A DNA stretch of 64,000 nucleotides from assembly GCF_006345805.1 (NCBI RefSeq), contig NC_043000.1, forward strand, positions 68,262,001 through 68,326,000, read 5' to 3'. The stretch comes from Octopus sinensis. Taxonomy: Eukaryota. The notes beneath the pieces were generated by a model. That model searched no databases. It saw nothing but the letters and a program-made list of their open reading frames with translations, and was not told where the DNA came from. Every line of letters starts with the position of its first letter. Positions within the stretch are counted from its first letter, which is position 1. This document shows positions 51,786 to 64,000 of the stretch, one piece after another. The translations under genes were made by a program, and so were the position numbers.

Positions 51786-53078
51786 TTTGTGCAACAACTA
51801 AAACATTCGGTTGTGCAAATTGTTTGCACAGGAAACCTGCCCCTGTGTGGCGGTGTTTGCCGTTTTTGTGGATCTGTTTCAGCTTTTTTAGCGATTTCTG
51901 TTTTGACGACTTCAAGCCATGAAGTCGTTGTTCTAAAAGAACGCTGGTCTCCTCGACAACGCTTTACGACGTTGATTTCCCTACCTTGCCTTCCCCACAG
52001 CTTCACGAGGGAGGGAAGAAGGGGAGGAGCTACACAGGTGCAGGTGCGAGCATGAACGCCAACGCCGCCACCGACACACGAAAAAATTGGAAGAACCCAG
52101 ACGACAGCTTCAGCCACCACCACCACCACCACCACCACCACCACCACCACCACCACCACCACCACCAACACCATCACCACTACCACCATGACCACCACCA
52201 CCACTACGCCCATGACCATCACCACCACCATCACGAAGACCACCACGACCACCACCACGACCACCATCATCACCACGACGACCACCACCACCATCATCAC
52301 CACCCCCACCACCACGACCACCACCACCACCAACAACACCACCACCACCACCACCACCACCACAAACACGACGACCACCACGACCACGACCACCATCACC
52401 ACTACCAGCACCACCACCACCACCGCTGCCACTACCACCGCCTCCACCACCACCATACTATGCCTCTGCTCTCTCCTTTTGGCTACTAAATCCATTACCA
52501 TATTTCACAAGTACCATCGCCATACAATATTGCCTTCAAAAGTTTGTGTTTGGATAATAATTTTTAAGTAAAAGTTGTGCAACAACTATAACATTCGGTT
52601 GTGCAAATTATTTGCACGGGAAACCTTCCCTGTGTGGCGTGTTTCCCGATTTTGTAGAATTTGCTTTCGGGCTTTCTTAGCCATTTCTGTTTTGGTGTCT
52701 TCAAGCCATGAAGTCGTTGTTCTAAAAGAACGCTGGTCTCCTTGACAACGCTTTACGACGTTGATTTCCTTACACTCCCTTCCCCACAGCTTCACGAGGG
52801 AGGGAAGAAGGGGGAGAAGCAACACAGGTGCAGGTGTGAGCATGGACACCAACTCCGCCGCCATCGACACACGAAAAAATGGAAAAAAATTATGGTAAAT
52901 TATTTTTTAAATCGTAGACTCATCGTAGACGCGCGCTAATACCCAGACGGGCTCGATATGAATCACGACTATAAGATACCCGAATTTGGTTAAACTGCAC
53001 CGCAAAATGTGGGAGGAGTTAGGAATCTAAATCGGAGGAGACAGGCACTCACACAACTTCACTTTTATATATATAGAT
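51786..53078 (-). mobile_element. Second Helitron-family unit with a duplicated ~290-bp internal module (51786-52085 and 52575-52885) separated by a CAC-rich expansion
   Basis: 52890-53078 repeats 51600-51785. The two modules align (ttgtgcaacaacta.aacattcggttgtgcaaatt ... gacacacgaaaaaa). Confidence 0.7.
52113..52455. repeat. Imperfect (CAC/CAT/GAC)n trinucleotide expansion
   Basis: Direct reading; it generates poly-His/Thr/Val ORFs. Confidence 0.95.
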
Positions 53079-53199
53079 TTTCCCACAACAATGTCCACCA
53101 ACAACTCTACACCAATAAAAGATACCTCACTACACCTTACGAAACCTTACAAAAACCTTTTACACAGCCCACATTCATAATATTACCACTACACAGTTA

Positions 53200-53410
53200 A
53201 GGCGGCGACCTAGCAGAATTGTTAGCACGCCGGGTAAAATGCTTTGCGGCATATCGTCCTTCTTTATGTTTTGATTTCAAATTCCACCGAGGACGAATTT
53301 GCCTTTCATCCTTTCGGTGTCGATAAAATAAATATCAGTTGAGCACTGGGATCGATGTAACCGACTTACCCTTTTGCCCAGGATTGCTGACTTTGTGTCA
53401 GAATTCGAAA
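53200..53410 (+). mobile_element. SINE family A
   Basis: aaggcggcgacctagcagaattgttagcacgccgggtaaaatgc...gcctttcatcctttcggtgtcgataaaat. Confidence 0.85.
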
Positions 53411-53544
53411 TAAGTATTACTACTACACAACGCTAGCAAACAGGTCTACAACACGAACATTCTACCAACAATTTTACCCCCAATAAACTGTAAAAACCCT
53501 TACAACACACACTTCACAAATGCCGCTATATCATACTCAGCCAC

Positions 53545-54068
53545 TTCATGTGCTGACTTTTCTGACGGCACACAGGTGCCGATGAATGGGTGAATGACCA
53601 AATCCTAGCTTCTCTGCTAGTTCTTCAACAGTTACAATGGGATTGTGTTCCACCGGAGTTTGCAGAACGTCCTCGTCGAGCTATGCAGATCTTCCAGGAC
53701 GAGGCTCGTCTTCAAGCTGTAGTTTCTGGCTCGGAATTTCCGGAACCATCATTGACTCTGGCTTACGCTTATTGTCCGATTCCCATATACTGCATTAATA
53801 TTCCTCGCACTTTCCGTTGCGTTGTTGCCTTTATTGAACTCATAGAGCAAAATATGCCGAATATGCGCCTTTGTCACTTCCATTATACCTTTGCAAAAAC
53901 TTAAGTGTTAAAATCGGCCAGCACTCTTCAAAACTTGCACTAAAAATAAAGAAAAGGTAAAATTACTACATGTTTTTATAGTATGTTGATGCAGGTAGTT
54001 TATCCCGTCCCCCTCCGACATTCAGTTCATGCAATTGAAAATACCACATTATTTTTGGGGTGACCCAA
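53545..54068 (-). mobile_element. Mariner transposon, 5' fragment (second family)
   Basis: TA|ttgggtcaccccaaaaataatgtgg TIR. Minus translation is HIRHILLYEFNKGNNATESARNINAVYG..WFRKFRARNYSLEDEPRPGRS..NPIVTVEELAEKLG..IHRHL. Confidence 0.85.
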
Positions 54069-54152
54069 TACATATATGCGTATATAATACATACATACAT
54101 GCATGCATGCATACATACATGCATGAATGCATACATACATACATATAAATGC

Positions 54153-54213
<61 letters not shown>

Positions 54214-54214
54214 A

Positions 54215-54835
54215 TAACCCCGAAACAGGAACATTTTCAACAGACCAATTCTTTAATAAGTGTTTCTAGCGAGAACTAGAATCCAAAGGACACTCACTAA
54301 CAACAGTAAATCCATGAATACGAAGTAATCGGGTTCAGCCAATTATTCTCTACGGATGTAGCCATCAACATAGCCAGAAAGTTTTTATTGTTTCTAAAAT
54401 AATTTCACCACAGTACATAAATGCATTTCAACCCTAACACTATTAATGTTAGCTATACTTGCCTCAATAACATTGCTTCTCAGATCTCTTACCTCAATCT
54501 ATGACATACATCCAGATATTCTATTACCTGACAACGAAAATGAACCCGCAGTAACCTTTCAATATGCTCGTAGATCTGAAGTGCCTTAATTATCTTGAAC
54601 ATCGCGAAAGAAGATATAACCCCATATCACAACGGGGTACGAAAGTATAAGTTTTACTTGACTGAGACATTCCAGTTTCTGAAACAATCAACCGTATCAT
54701 TGAACCAGGTGTTTGAGACACTATCCGTCTGCCATTACCGGAGACCATTTCTTTTGAACAACATCTACCAGTCTGAAATACCCGTGGCATCAACCTGAAT
54801 GAGTGCACGTGACACGAAACTGAGTATCAACAAAC
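54215..54835 (+). mobile_element. Decayed PLE 3' fragment with a hammerhead-like relic
   Basis: Reads VAINIARKFL and HFNPNTINVSYTCLNNIASQIS, homologous to IFNRHNVRVSFSCAPNI in the 43-46 kb PLE. ctgaatga-gtg-cacgtga-cac-gaaac-tga-gta lies at 54795-54826, but stem I does not pair. Confidence 0.65.
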
Positions 54836-54979
54836 AGAATCATCAAAACTGATTCTTAGTAAATATCACCCCTACATCATGTATCGAATATTTTTTAAGT
54901 ATGTAAACAAAAACGTTTATGTATACATACATTCATACATACATACATACATACATACATACATACATACATACATACA

Positions 54980-55012
<33 letters not shown>

Positions 55013-55867
55013 GTGTTTGCGTGCGTGCGAGTGTGTATGTGTGTGTGTTCCTAAGTGCTTGTGTTTTGTACTGCTGTATGCACATGTGGACGTATGTATT
55101 TGCATATATAACAACTGCGGTGTACGGCAGTTGTTATATATGTATGGGAAACAAGGTTTTGGATAAATACGCAATATGTACAAATGTGTGAATGTGTTAT
55201 TCTTGATATTTATGTAAATGTTATTATAGATTTGTTTATCTGGTATAAGAAGTGAGAAATGTTGAGATAAACTGAATGTCAAATAAGTTTTGTAGAAAGC
55301 CTCTCTGAAAGACCGTTTTTCATATGTAACGTAACAACAGTTCAAAAGACATGTTATACTTTGGGAATTACCTTTAGAGGTGGTGGTGGCGGGGCTACTC
55401 TGTAAAGAGTTGCTCAACAATTTGTTTAATGGCTTTAACAGTGGAAATTGTATCACTTTAAATGATTTCCAACAGCTTGCAGAGTAGTTACTATCTCTAT
55501 CAGCCAAGTCGGGTTCAACTTCTATGAGAATAGATACTCAGCATACTTTGGCTAAAGAAGATGGAAAAAACAGCTGGATATTTTTTGAATGTCTACTATT
55601 TGTACTTAGCTATGATTGTTGTTTGGATATTTCGTTACTGGTGCCAAGAAACCATTTTGATTTTGTTTGGTAGTTTATATACACACACACGCGTGCGCGC
55701 ATACAAGTGTTGTTATAATTATTTATGCTATCTTGTAATGGTTGGTAATGAAAATTAGGATATTTATCTTAGAAAATTTAGTATATATCTTGTTTGACGC
55801 CAACCGCTGCAATATGTAATGTAAATGCTATCTATTTTTCAATAGCAGAAACACAAAATTTGAATTA

Positions 55868-56730
55868 TATTGATGTATGAAAAGTTCATAGAATGACTAT
55901 GAAGGAGTGACGCTAGAGCTGCGGAATCTTTCATGCGATAATTTCATTTCTTCTTTTCAATAACTGCATTGCTTTTTTGAAGGTAAACCCACATCTGACT
56001 GTTCAAAGAAGGCTCCAAAAGTAACTAGTAGCAACCTCTCTTAAAAATCGACAAAATGAGGTACGGTGGTGTTATTAAGTACCTGCAAAAAAAGGGTTTA
56101 GCCCCCAAGGACGTTCATGCTGACATGGTTGCTACATTAGGGGATGACGTTCAGCTTTATCAACAATGCAAAAGTGGGCAGATGACTTTAAGAGGGGGAG
56201 GGAGGATCTTGAAGATGACTCAAGGTCTGGACATCATGAAACTGCCACCACAAAAGAAAACATTGATCGTGTTCACCACATGGTGATGGATGACAGGCGA
56301 TTGATTATAAATCAAATAGCCAATGCTATTGGCATATCATGTGAGAAAGTTGAAAGTATTCTTCCTAATGAACTTGGCAAGACGAAGACTTCTGCTCAGG
56401 ACAATGCTCCAAGTTTTGGGTTCAACGGTTGCTGTGTATGATTGTGGTTTTGAACTGATTATCCACCCCGCTATTCTCCTGATTTGGCCCCGTCTGACTT
56501 CCATCTGTTGCTCAATATATAAAAACACTTGACAGGGAACCAATCATATCTGCTGTTGATACTTTTTTTAACCAACAGGCTGAAAGTTTCTTCACTAATG
56601 GGATCCAAGTACTGTAACACCGATGGAGGAAGTGTGTGGACCGCAAGGGGGACTACGTTGAAAAATAAACCTCATTTGGTCACATTTCATGAGAGCATCT
56701 TGGTCATCTTGTGAACTTTTCAACTGCTAA
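55868..56730 (+). mobile_element. Internally deleted mariner of the same family as 1-1148
   Basis: 55986-56400 aligns with 1-410. The junction at 56400/56401 jumps from NELG..SA to DNA..YSPDLAPSDF. TIR relics tgaaaagttcataga and gaacttttca are present. Confidence 0.85.
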
Positions 56731-57820
56731 TGTTTCACAAAAATCTTTTCATTTCCCTATGTCACACCATCACGCTTCACTTTTTGTGTAAATTGTTACT
56801 GAATTGTTTACTGCTTCTTCAGACCAATTATATATTTGTATCTATTTTATCATGTAGTTAAACACCAGTAAAGCTGTGTATTTATCTAAGAGTAGAACAC
56901 TACAAAGTATTTGGACGTTAGAGCTCTAATTCAATTAACTGTAGCAAAAAAGTTATAGAGGAAAGTACGCGGCACTTGGCGGCAAGCTGCCCTTTATGAT
57001 TCTTTGTATGACACTCGTGATGTTATATAATTACATAAAAAGAATTCCATTTTCTATTATAATTATTAGGTGCGACTCTATTGATAACAACGATTTCGAC
57101 TCTTTCTTACCCACTTACTCTTGTCTCGAGCAAATTTTTATATATAATGTTTTTTTTTTCTAATGTGTACGATAATTGTCAAATTATTGTTTTTGTGACG
57201 TGCATCGATTTATGATGGGCAACATCTCATACAGCTTTATGCTTAAAGAAGGTTGCCAATGCCCAGGTTTAGAGGAAATCTAGCAAAGACTCACTTTCTA
57301 GTTGGAGTTATTTTTATTTACAACACTACTAACTTTGAAAAAAGTACGAACAATTAATGTCCCTTTTCTTTCATTCCCTTAAGTAATTGAGTGACCAATC
57401 ATCTTTAGAGGTGAATTGCCGTTTATAATTAAGCAATATGAAAATAAAGACGGTTCACTTTATCGTATAAGTATATCGACTTAATATGATCACCTGTAGC
57501 TAGTTTATCAGTTTTAGCCCGAGAAAATAAGCCGGGAATTATAAAGCTTTTAGCATGCGTCCATTGATGCGAAAAGCCAAGTCGGATCCGTTGGTAAACA
57601 CGTTAATACAGAAAGTTCTTTTAATAGACATATTAGACAACTCACATACATACATACATACATGCATACATACGTACAAACATATGCACATATACATACG
57701 TACATACGTATATTCATACATACATACATACATACACATCACATACCTACACATACAAACGCATATCACACACACACGCGTGCACACACTCACATATCAT
57801 ACACGCGCGCACACGCACGT

Positions 57821-57890
<70 letters not shown>

Positions 57891-58644
57891 CTTTACTTAC
57901 TGTGTTTCTGGAATTTAGTACTATTTTTTTAAAACAACAATGGCGGGCCCCTCGTAGATACCATGCTTAGCACTCTTTGTAATAAGTGGCTATCATGTTA
58001 GGGTGGTTAACTATTACATTTTCATTACTGAACTGTGCTAGTTTCAGTACCGTACAACGTGGTTAGGATTAGCTAGAATATTCCGTATGGAGTGTGGTAG
58101 ACAAGTACGGATAGTATAAGCCGAATGGTTAGAATCTTGAATAACAGTTTGAAGTAAAATGTTTTGAAGTTTGCTATTTCAGTGTAGCAGAAGCCGTTGA
58201 ACAAAATATATTCATAATTTTTATCATAATAATTTTATATAATAATTTAGCTTCTTATTCAGCTTAAAGCTATTTTGCAAGTGCAATGTTGTTTTCTGAA
58301 TAAACATTACTTTTTGACCTGCTTAGAATCCTTCTTACAGATTCTGATGAAAAGGAATTCAATCTTCTTCGAGAGACTTGTTTGAGAGTTGGTATTGCTT
58401 TCATTTTGTTATTGAATTTGTTAATGTTAGAGGGAGTTTTTAGCTGTAAAGTCTGATTTTGTAGCACGGTCCAGTCCTAATAGATATAGAAAAAAGATGA
58501 GAAATTAAATAAGATTGTTGTTTTGTCCTTATTGGTTTATGGAGTTACTTTGAACTTTTTCTTCATGCAGAAGTTTAATGGGTGAATAGTTTAAGTGCTA
58601 AGCTAGCAGCTGTAATTAGGTAAAACATGCCAGAAGTTACATCT

Positions 58645-58997
58645 GTCTGCAGTGGTAGTACTGTGAAATTGACGAGTGGTTTGTAAGCTTATCCTAGATA
58701 ATACTATGGGAAAACAAAGTCTTTAGTGATATCCCTACATAGCCTAATGAGAGCCTTCTCTCTCAAAATCATAAACAAGAACTCACAGTTCTTCGAATTT
58801 GTTCATTAGTAAAAATGGTATTTAAATTACCCGAACGTTTTGTATTCAGTCTGCAGTGGTAGTACTGTGAAATTGACGAGTGCTTTGTAAGCTTATCAAA
58901 GAACTGTGAGCTCTTGTTTATGATTTTGAGAGAGAAGGCTCTCATTAGGCTATGTAGGGATATCACTAAAGACTTTGTTTTCCCATAGTATTATCTA
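58645..58997. repeat. Direct-plus-inverted duplication (A-B-spacer-A-B'), PLE pseudo-LTR-like
   Basis: A (gtctgcagtggtagtactgtgaaattgacgagtg..tgtaagcttatc) is at ~58645-58694 and ~58849-58897. B (~58695-58793) is inverted at ~58898-58997. Confidence 0.8.
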
Positions 58998-59249
58998 ATT
59001 CCAGATAAGTTCGAGAAGGAAAATCTCTTGAACGCTACAGATAAAAGAGCATTTTAATTGATAAAACTTTATTTTATTTTATTCGAAGTTTATTGCTCTT
59101 GATAATATTTGCATGCAAATGAAACTATTATTATTGTAAAATTTATGAAAGAATTATTGGATAAATTTGATATTTGGAAAAGTGATTCTTGGGCCTGAAG
59201 ATTTCGAAATTATCGGAGAATGGTTTCATACAAAGCATTTAAATATTTC

Positions 59250-59435
59250 ATTTCCACATGGTTTGCCAGAGGCTCGACGTTTCCTTGGAAAATGCAGAGG
59301 GGCTGGCACAGGACCGCAAGCGATGGAGTTCACTGGTGGATCTGGTGGCTCTACGCGTGATGACGCCTCTGGGACCACTAACCTGGGATGACCCCAGCCT
59401 CATCAAGCAAAAGCATGAAGCAAGCAAGCATGGTT
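59250..59435 (+). mobile_element. RTE-clade LINE 3' end
   Basis: Reads QRLDVSLENAEGLAQDRKRWSSLVDLV, with an (AAGC)n tail. Confidence 0.65.
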
Positions 59436-60011
59436 TACTTAAATGTTTCGCTTTTACATGCATTTGATCACACAGATCTTCAAGTTATCTTAACTCTTAA
59501 GGCATAGAAATGTTCGTTGGCTGTAGTTCGTTGTGATGAGCGTGGCTTTAAGAAGTTGTAGAGCATGCATAAGACTTAACTTGGGTTTTTATGGGCCTTT
59601 TCTATTGACACCCACCAAATGACCTGAAGAATTATAGGTTTAATCTGTTTCATGGTGAGAATTTATAAACAAAGGTGCATTGCACAAACAATCTGCTATT
59701 TCATAATATGGAAATGTATCAAGGAACAAAGAAAACGAAAAGAAACAATAACAACATTAAATAACTGTTGGTTGGGAGGTTGGTAGGTGTTGAACGGAGG
59801 TGGGTACATGAAATTTAGAGATAGCAAAATACACAAAACAGGAATACAGGAAGTTAACTCTGAAACTTGAAGCCATCTCTTTCCTCACTGGGAAACTATA
59901 CAAAAAATAATTTTGTTTTTATATTTATATTTTTAGCTCGTTTGCATTCCTTCGGGTTGTGCTATGTTGAATGTTCTTTGTGTGTGTGTTGTGTTGTACG
60001 TTTTGTGTATG

Positions 60012-60047
<36 letters not shown>

Positions 60048-60354
60048 TGAGTGTGTGTGTGTGTATTTGTTTTTATCAGTGTCTGTAATTGGTTGTTGTG
60101 TTGTTTTCTGTGTATACGTTTGTGTGTGTGTGTGTTTCTGTATGCATTTATGAATGTACTTACGCATGTACTTTTATGTATACGCTGTGAATGTGTATAT
60201 GTATGTATATATGTATCCAGATATGAATACATGTATATGCTTGTTGTAAGTATATTTTTGTTTCTGTCTGGATGTATGTTTATACGCGCACGCGTGTGTG
60301 TGTGTGTATACACAAACACATACACGTATATGCAACTATGTATATGTATGTGTG

Positions 60355-60392
<38 letters not shown>

Positions 60393-61098
60393 CGTGTGCA
60401 TGTGTGTACACGCACACACCTAGACACATACATGCATACCACACGCACGCACACACATACACAAACACACACACACACGCACACACACTCGTACACACAT
60501 CCGTGGGTGCTTGACTGTTATGTGAAGGTAATGTGTAATGCACAGCCGAAGGGTGGGTGGGTGGTGCGAGGCTAGTAGGTGGGTGTCTCCCAGTTGCGGT
60601 GTGACGGGAGTAAGGAGGAGGTGGAGCGTTGGCGTTGTTGGCGGTGGTGGTGATAGTGGCGGTGAAGAGAGTGGAGGGTGGGGCGGTGATGAATGAGATG
60701 TTCAGCGTACCAGTTGAAATGGTAATTGTTATCAGGGTTATTTATTTATCCTCACTGAAGAGCTACTTGGCTATCGATAACACTCGTCCTGAAACATGTA
60801 CGCGCTATTCACCACCGAAATATACTTAGCAGTGGTGATGTGGTAGTGATTAGAGTGGGAATCTCGGACTGGGTGGAGGTCGTGCAGCTCCATACCCCTG
60901 CCATGACTTCATTGTAGCAGTGATTAAAAACTAAGTTACCTGCTTCCGTACATTCTCAGGTATTTCCCCCACTCCAAATTGTTATATAACCTTTCGGACT
61001 GCTCTTATTTCCAAAACGGTTGTCCACTTCCAGGTTTTCAGGAACTTGGGAATAGAGGTCGGGGGAAAGAAAATATAGTTTAACCTTTCCCTGTAAGT

Positions 61099-61773
61099 TG
61101 GCTTCAAATTTTGGTACAAGGCCAGCAATTTCGAGTGAAAGAGCTAGTCGAATATATCGACCCCATATACAACTGGTACATATTTTATCGACCTCGACAG
61201 GATGAATGGCAAAGTCGACCTCGGTAGAATTTGAACTCAGAACATAAAGACGGACGAAACGACGCTAAGCATTTTGCCCGGTATGCTAACGATTCTGCCA
61301 GCTCGCAGGCTTTTCTTTCCTCTCTATATTCCTTTCAGCTCTAGGCTCAAGGCCTGAAAATTTTGGGGAGGGGCTAGCCGATTGCATCAACCTCAGTGCT
61401 CAGCTGGTACATATTTTATTGGCCTTGAAAGGATAAAAGGCAAAGTCGACCTCGGTGGAATTTGAACTCAGAACGTAAAAACGGACGGAACGACACTAAG
61501 CATTTTGCTCGCCTTGCTAACGGTTCTGCCAATTCGTCACCTGCCCTTTCCCTATATATTGTTTTCTACTGTAGGCACAAGGCACGACATTTTTGGGGAG
61601 GGGGCCAGTCGATTAGATCAACCCCAGTACGCAATTGGTGCTTAATTTATCGACTCCGAAAGGATGAAAAGCAAAGTCGACCTCGGCAGAATTTGAACTC
61701 AGAACGTAGAGACAGACGAAATACCGCTAAGCATTTTGCTCGGTTTGCTAACGATTCTGCCAGCTTGTCACCT
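61099..61773 (-). mobile_element. Three head-to-tail SINE family A copies (~61099-61306, 61330-61542, 61560-61773)
   Basis: Each has gcaaagtcgacctcgg..gaatttgaactcagaac...gctaagcattttg...gctaacgattctgcca. The tails differ. Confidence 0.9.
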
Positions 61774-62214
61774 ATCCTTTAGCTGTATATTAATGGTATT
61801 TTTTCTGCCCTGGGAAAAAACGTAAAATAAATATGATTTGTAGCTAGAAGTATGAGACACCAGAGTTGCATAAAAGAATAAATACCTGATATATGTTGGG
61901 CTTGCTATTATGTGTTAATGCAAAAATGATTTTTTATATAGGCTCAATGCCTAAGACTGTTTTGTTTAGGGAGATGGAGAAGGTGTTAGTTTGTTATATC
62001 AACTCCAGTATTTGATTTGTTCTTTATTTTATCAACCCTAGAAGAATGAAAAGCAAAACGACCTTAGCTCGGTTTGAATTCCCATCGTAACGGGTCGTAA
62101 CTAAATACTGCCGAGCATACTGCTGCCGCCTGGCTCTGTATTATTTCTGTCATTCATCACCATCGGCATACGTACAATACTGTTTTTGTACTCCGGAGGA
62201 TCTCCTTATACAAC

Positions 62215-62460
62215 GTTATAATCATCATTATCATCTTTAGCGTCAACTTTTCCCTGCTTGCCTGGAACAGCCAGAATTTGTGGAGGCGAATTTTCTCCAG
62301 CGGGCTGGATTTCCCATTGCTGACCTTCACCTGTATCTAAGCAAGGTAATATTTCCTTATGATCAAATCAGACATGTCTCGAACGATTGGAAGCAAAAGA
62401 CACTGATTGCATGACGGTGACACTCGCTTACAATTATCACACGATTTCAAGGCAAGGAAA
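62215..62460 (-). mobile_element. Short retroposon with a (GAT)n tail, related to 30295-30610
   Basis: atcatcattatcatctttagcgtcaacttttcc...ggctggatttccc...caaggtaatatttcc. Confidence 0.5.
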
Positions 62461-62499
62461 CATTAGCATACGCGCGCATGTATACAAACACGCATGCAT

Positions 62500-62596
<97 letters not shown>

Positions 62597-63152
62597 CATA
62601 TATGAAAGAGTTCTTTCGGTTTCTAGCTATCAAATCCACTCACAAAGCTCTGGTCCGGGGATCTAGAAGACAAAGGATGAAATACATAACAGTAGAAAAA
62701 TACAAAAATTACAATGCTGAAAGTAAAAACTGAAAGAAAGAAATGTTTCAGAATTCCTATTTTTTTAAATATTGCGCTACGCTTTTTCTCCAATTTTGAA
62801 ACACCGACAACCGCCCAACACAGCCATCCGGATGTTTTTAAAGGCGTTCGTTCATTTGTGCATGCCTGGATGCCTACTGAACCAGCACACGATATCTAGG
62901 AACCTTGAATTTGGTCACTCGATATGTTTGGAATAACATTCAAATATTCCTCAAGCATTGCAACATCACACACCCACCTTGTCTTCTATTATTTTTTAAA
63001 ATAATTTCGTGGGATTCTAATTTAGCAGAAAGGAAAAAAATGCGTTATAAGATTTTAATCTCATTATCTCACTCCCCAGCCAATATTTATGCTTTTTACT
63101 CCTTTCGAAAATTCTTGGTAATCTACGTTGAGAAACAAGTTGATTGCGACTA

Positions 63153-63505
63153 AAACCTAACTCTAAACCTTAATCCTAATTCTAAACCCTAGCCATAAAC
63201 CTTAGCCCAAATCATTAACCTTAACTCTAAACCCTAGCCTACAAAACCCAACCCTATATTAACCCGAAACCTTTTCTTTATCCTTAAAAATTAAGTTCTA
63301 ATCTTAGCCATAACCTTTAATCCTAACCTATAAACCCTAACCCCAAACAACAGCCCTATCCTAATCCTAAACCCTAAACACTTACCCTAAACCCTGACAT
63401 TAAACCCTTAAATCTTAATCCTGAATTCTAATCCTAACACTAAGCTCTGATCCTCAACCTTAACTCTATCCTTAACTCTTAATTAACCCTTAACCCTAAC
63501 CCAAG
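63153..63505. repeat. Degenerate (TAACCC)-like hexamer array
   Basis: cctaac/cctaat/ccttaa/ccctag variants over ~350 bp, ending aacccttaaccctaacccaagcc. Confidence 0.8.
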
Positions 63506-64000
63506 CCTTAAACGCGAACTCTGGGGGTTGTTCAGTGCGGTTTCTCATTCTATAAGAAGAGATATGTGGTTTGAGAGAAAAATGGTTGTTATTTTCCATA
63601 TTTCGAATGACGATATAGAAACATTTTTACGTTGTCAGAAGTCATCCACACACTCACAAATGAAAAGTCTAGTTTGAGAACTTCCGGAACGTTGATATTG
63701 AGCAAAAGTAGGTACTTTGAAAAGTGGGTATTTTGAAAATATTGGGCGTTTGAATTTTTTTTCTCAGAAATTGGATGGGTGGATGTTAAATTAACCTTTG
63801 GAACTGGTAAGAAAGATGGCTCTGCAATTTCCTGCTGAACAAACCTGCACAAATGATTTGTTTATAATGATCAGATGTATGTGCTGTACATTAGTATACT
63901 CCCACGACCAAATCGACATTGTTTGTACAGGTGCACAGTGCACCACTCGTCAGGTTTCGACATGAAGGCAGAGCAAAATAAGATGAAGTGTTTTGCCCTC

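Noticed and set aside
51773-52571. Long poly-His, poly-Thr and poly-Val ORFs
   Set aside because: All are frames of one CAC-type trinucleotide tract, with no splice or domain evidence.
53590-53904. 104-aa plus-strand ORF
   Set aside because: It is antisense to a clear mariner transposase fragment.
63153-63505. True chromosome end
   Set aside because: The array is degenerate and is followed by ordinary sequence.

Overview
Repeat-dense, AT-rich animal DNA. It is most likely cephalopod (octopus-like), inferred from the SINE families and the CA/TA/CATA/TATC microsatellite load. No complete host gene is supported; there is one low-confidence pair of minus-strand exons near 40.2-40.7 kb. The window is a mosaic of tRNA-derived SINEs, decayed mariner/hAT/pogo DNA transposons and MITEs, Helitron-type non-autonomous elements, and non-LTR retrotransposons. 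The non-LTR set includes a CR1-type RT with an open 500-aa ORF, plus RTE, Tx1/L1 and many R4/Dong-type RLE fragments. The most interesting layer is ribozyme-bearing Penelope-like (PLE) material. (1) A 687-bp non-coding insertion (22363-23049) has a perfect 14-bp target duplication, a 360-bp unit in tandem-plus-inverted arrangement, and a minimal hammerhead with a compensatory U3:A8 core. (2) A near-full-length PLE (43339-46350) is bracketed by inverted arms that each carry a hammerhead, and its GIY-YIG nuclease is split by a ~175-codon Asn/Ser-rich insert. (3) A further hammerhead lies at 11862-11924, and there are several decayed ones. Separately, R4/Dong-type copies sit repeatedly inside (CATA)n arrays, which suggests microsatellite-specific targeting. 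All folds, alignments and translations were done by eye, so many boundaries are approximate.
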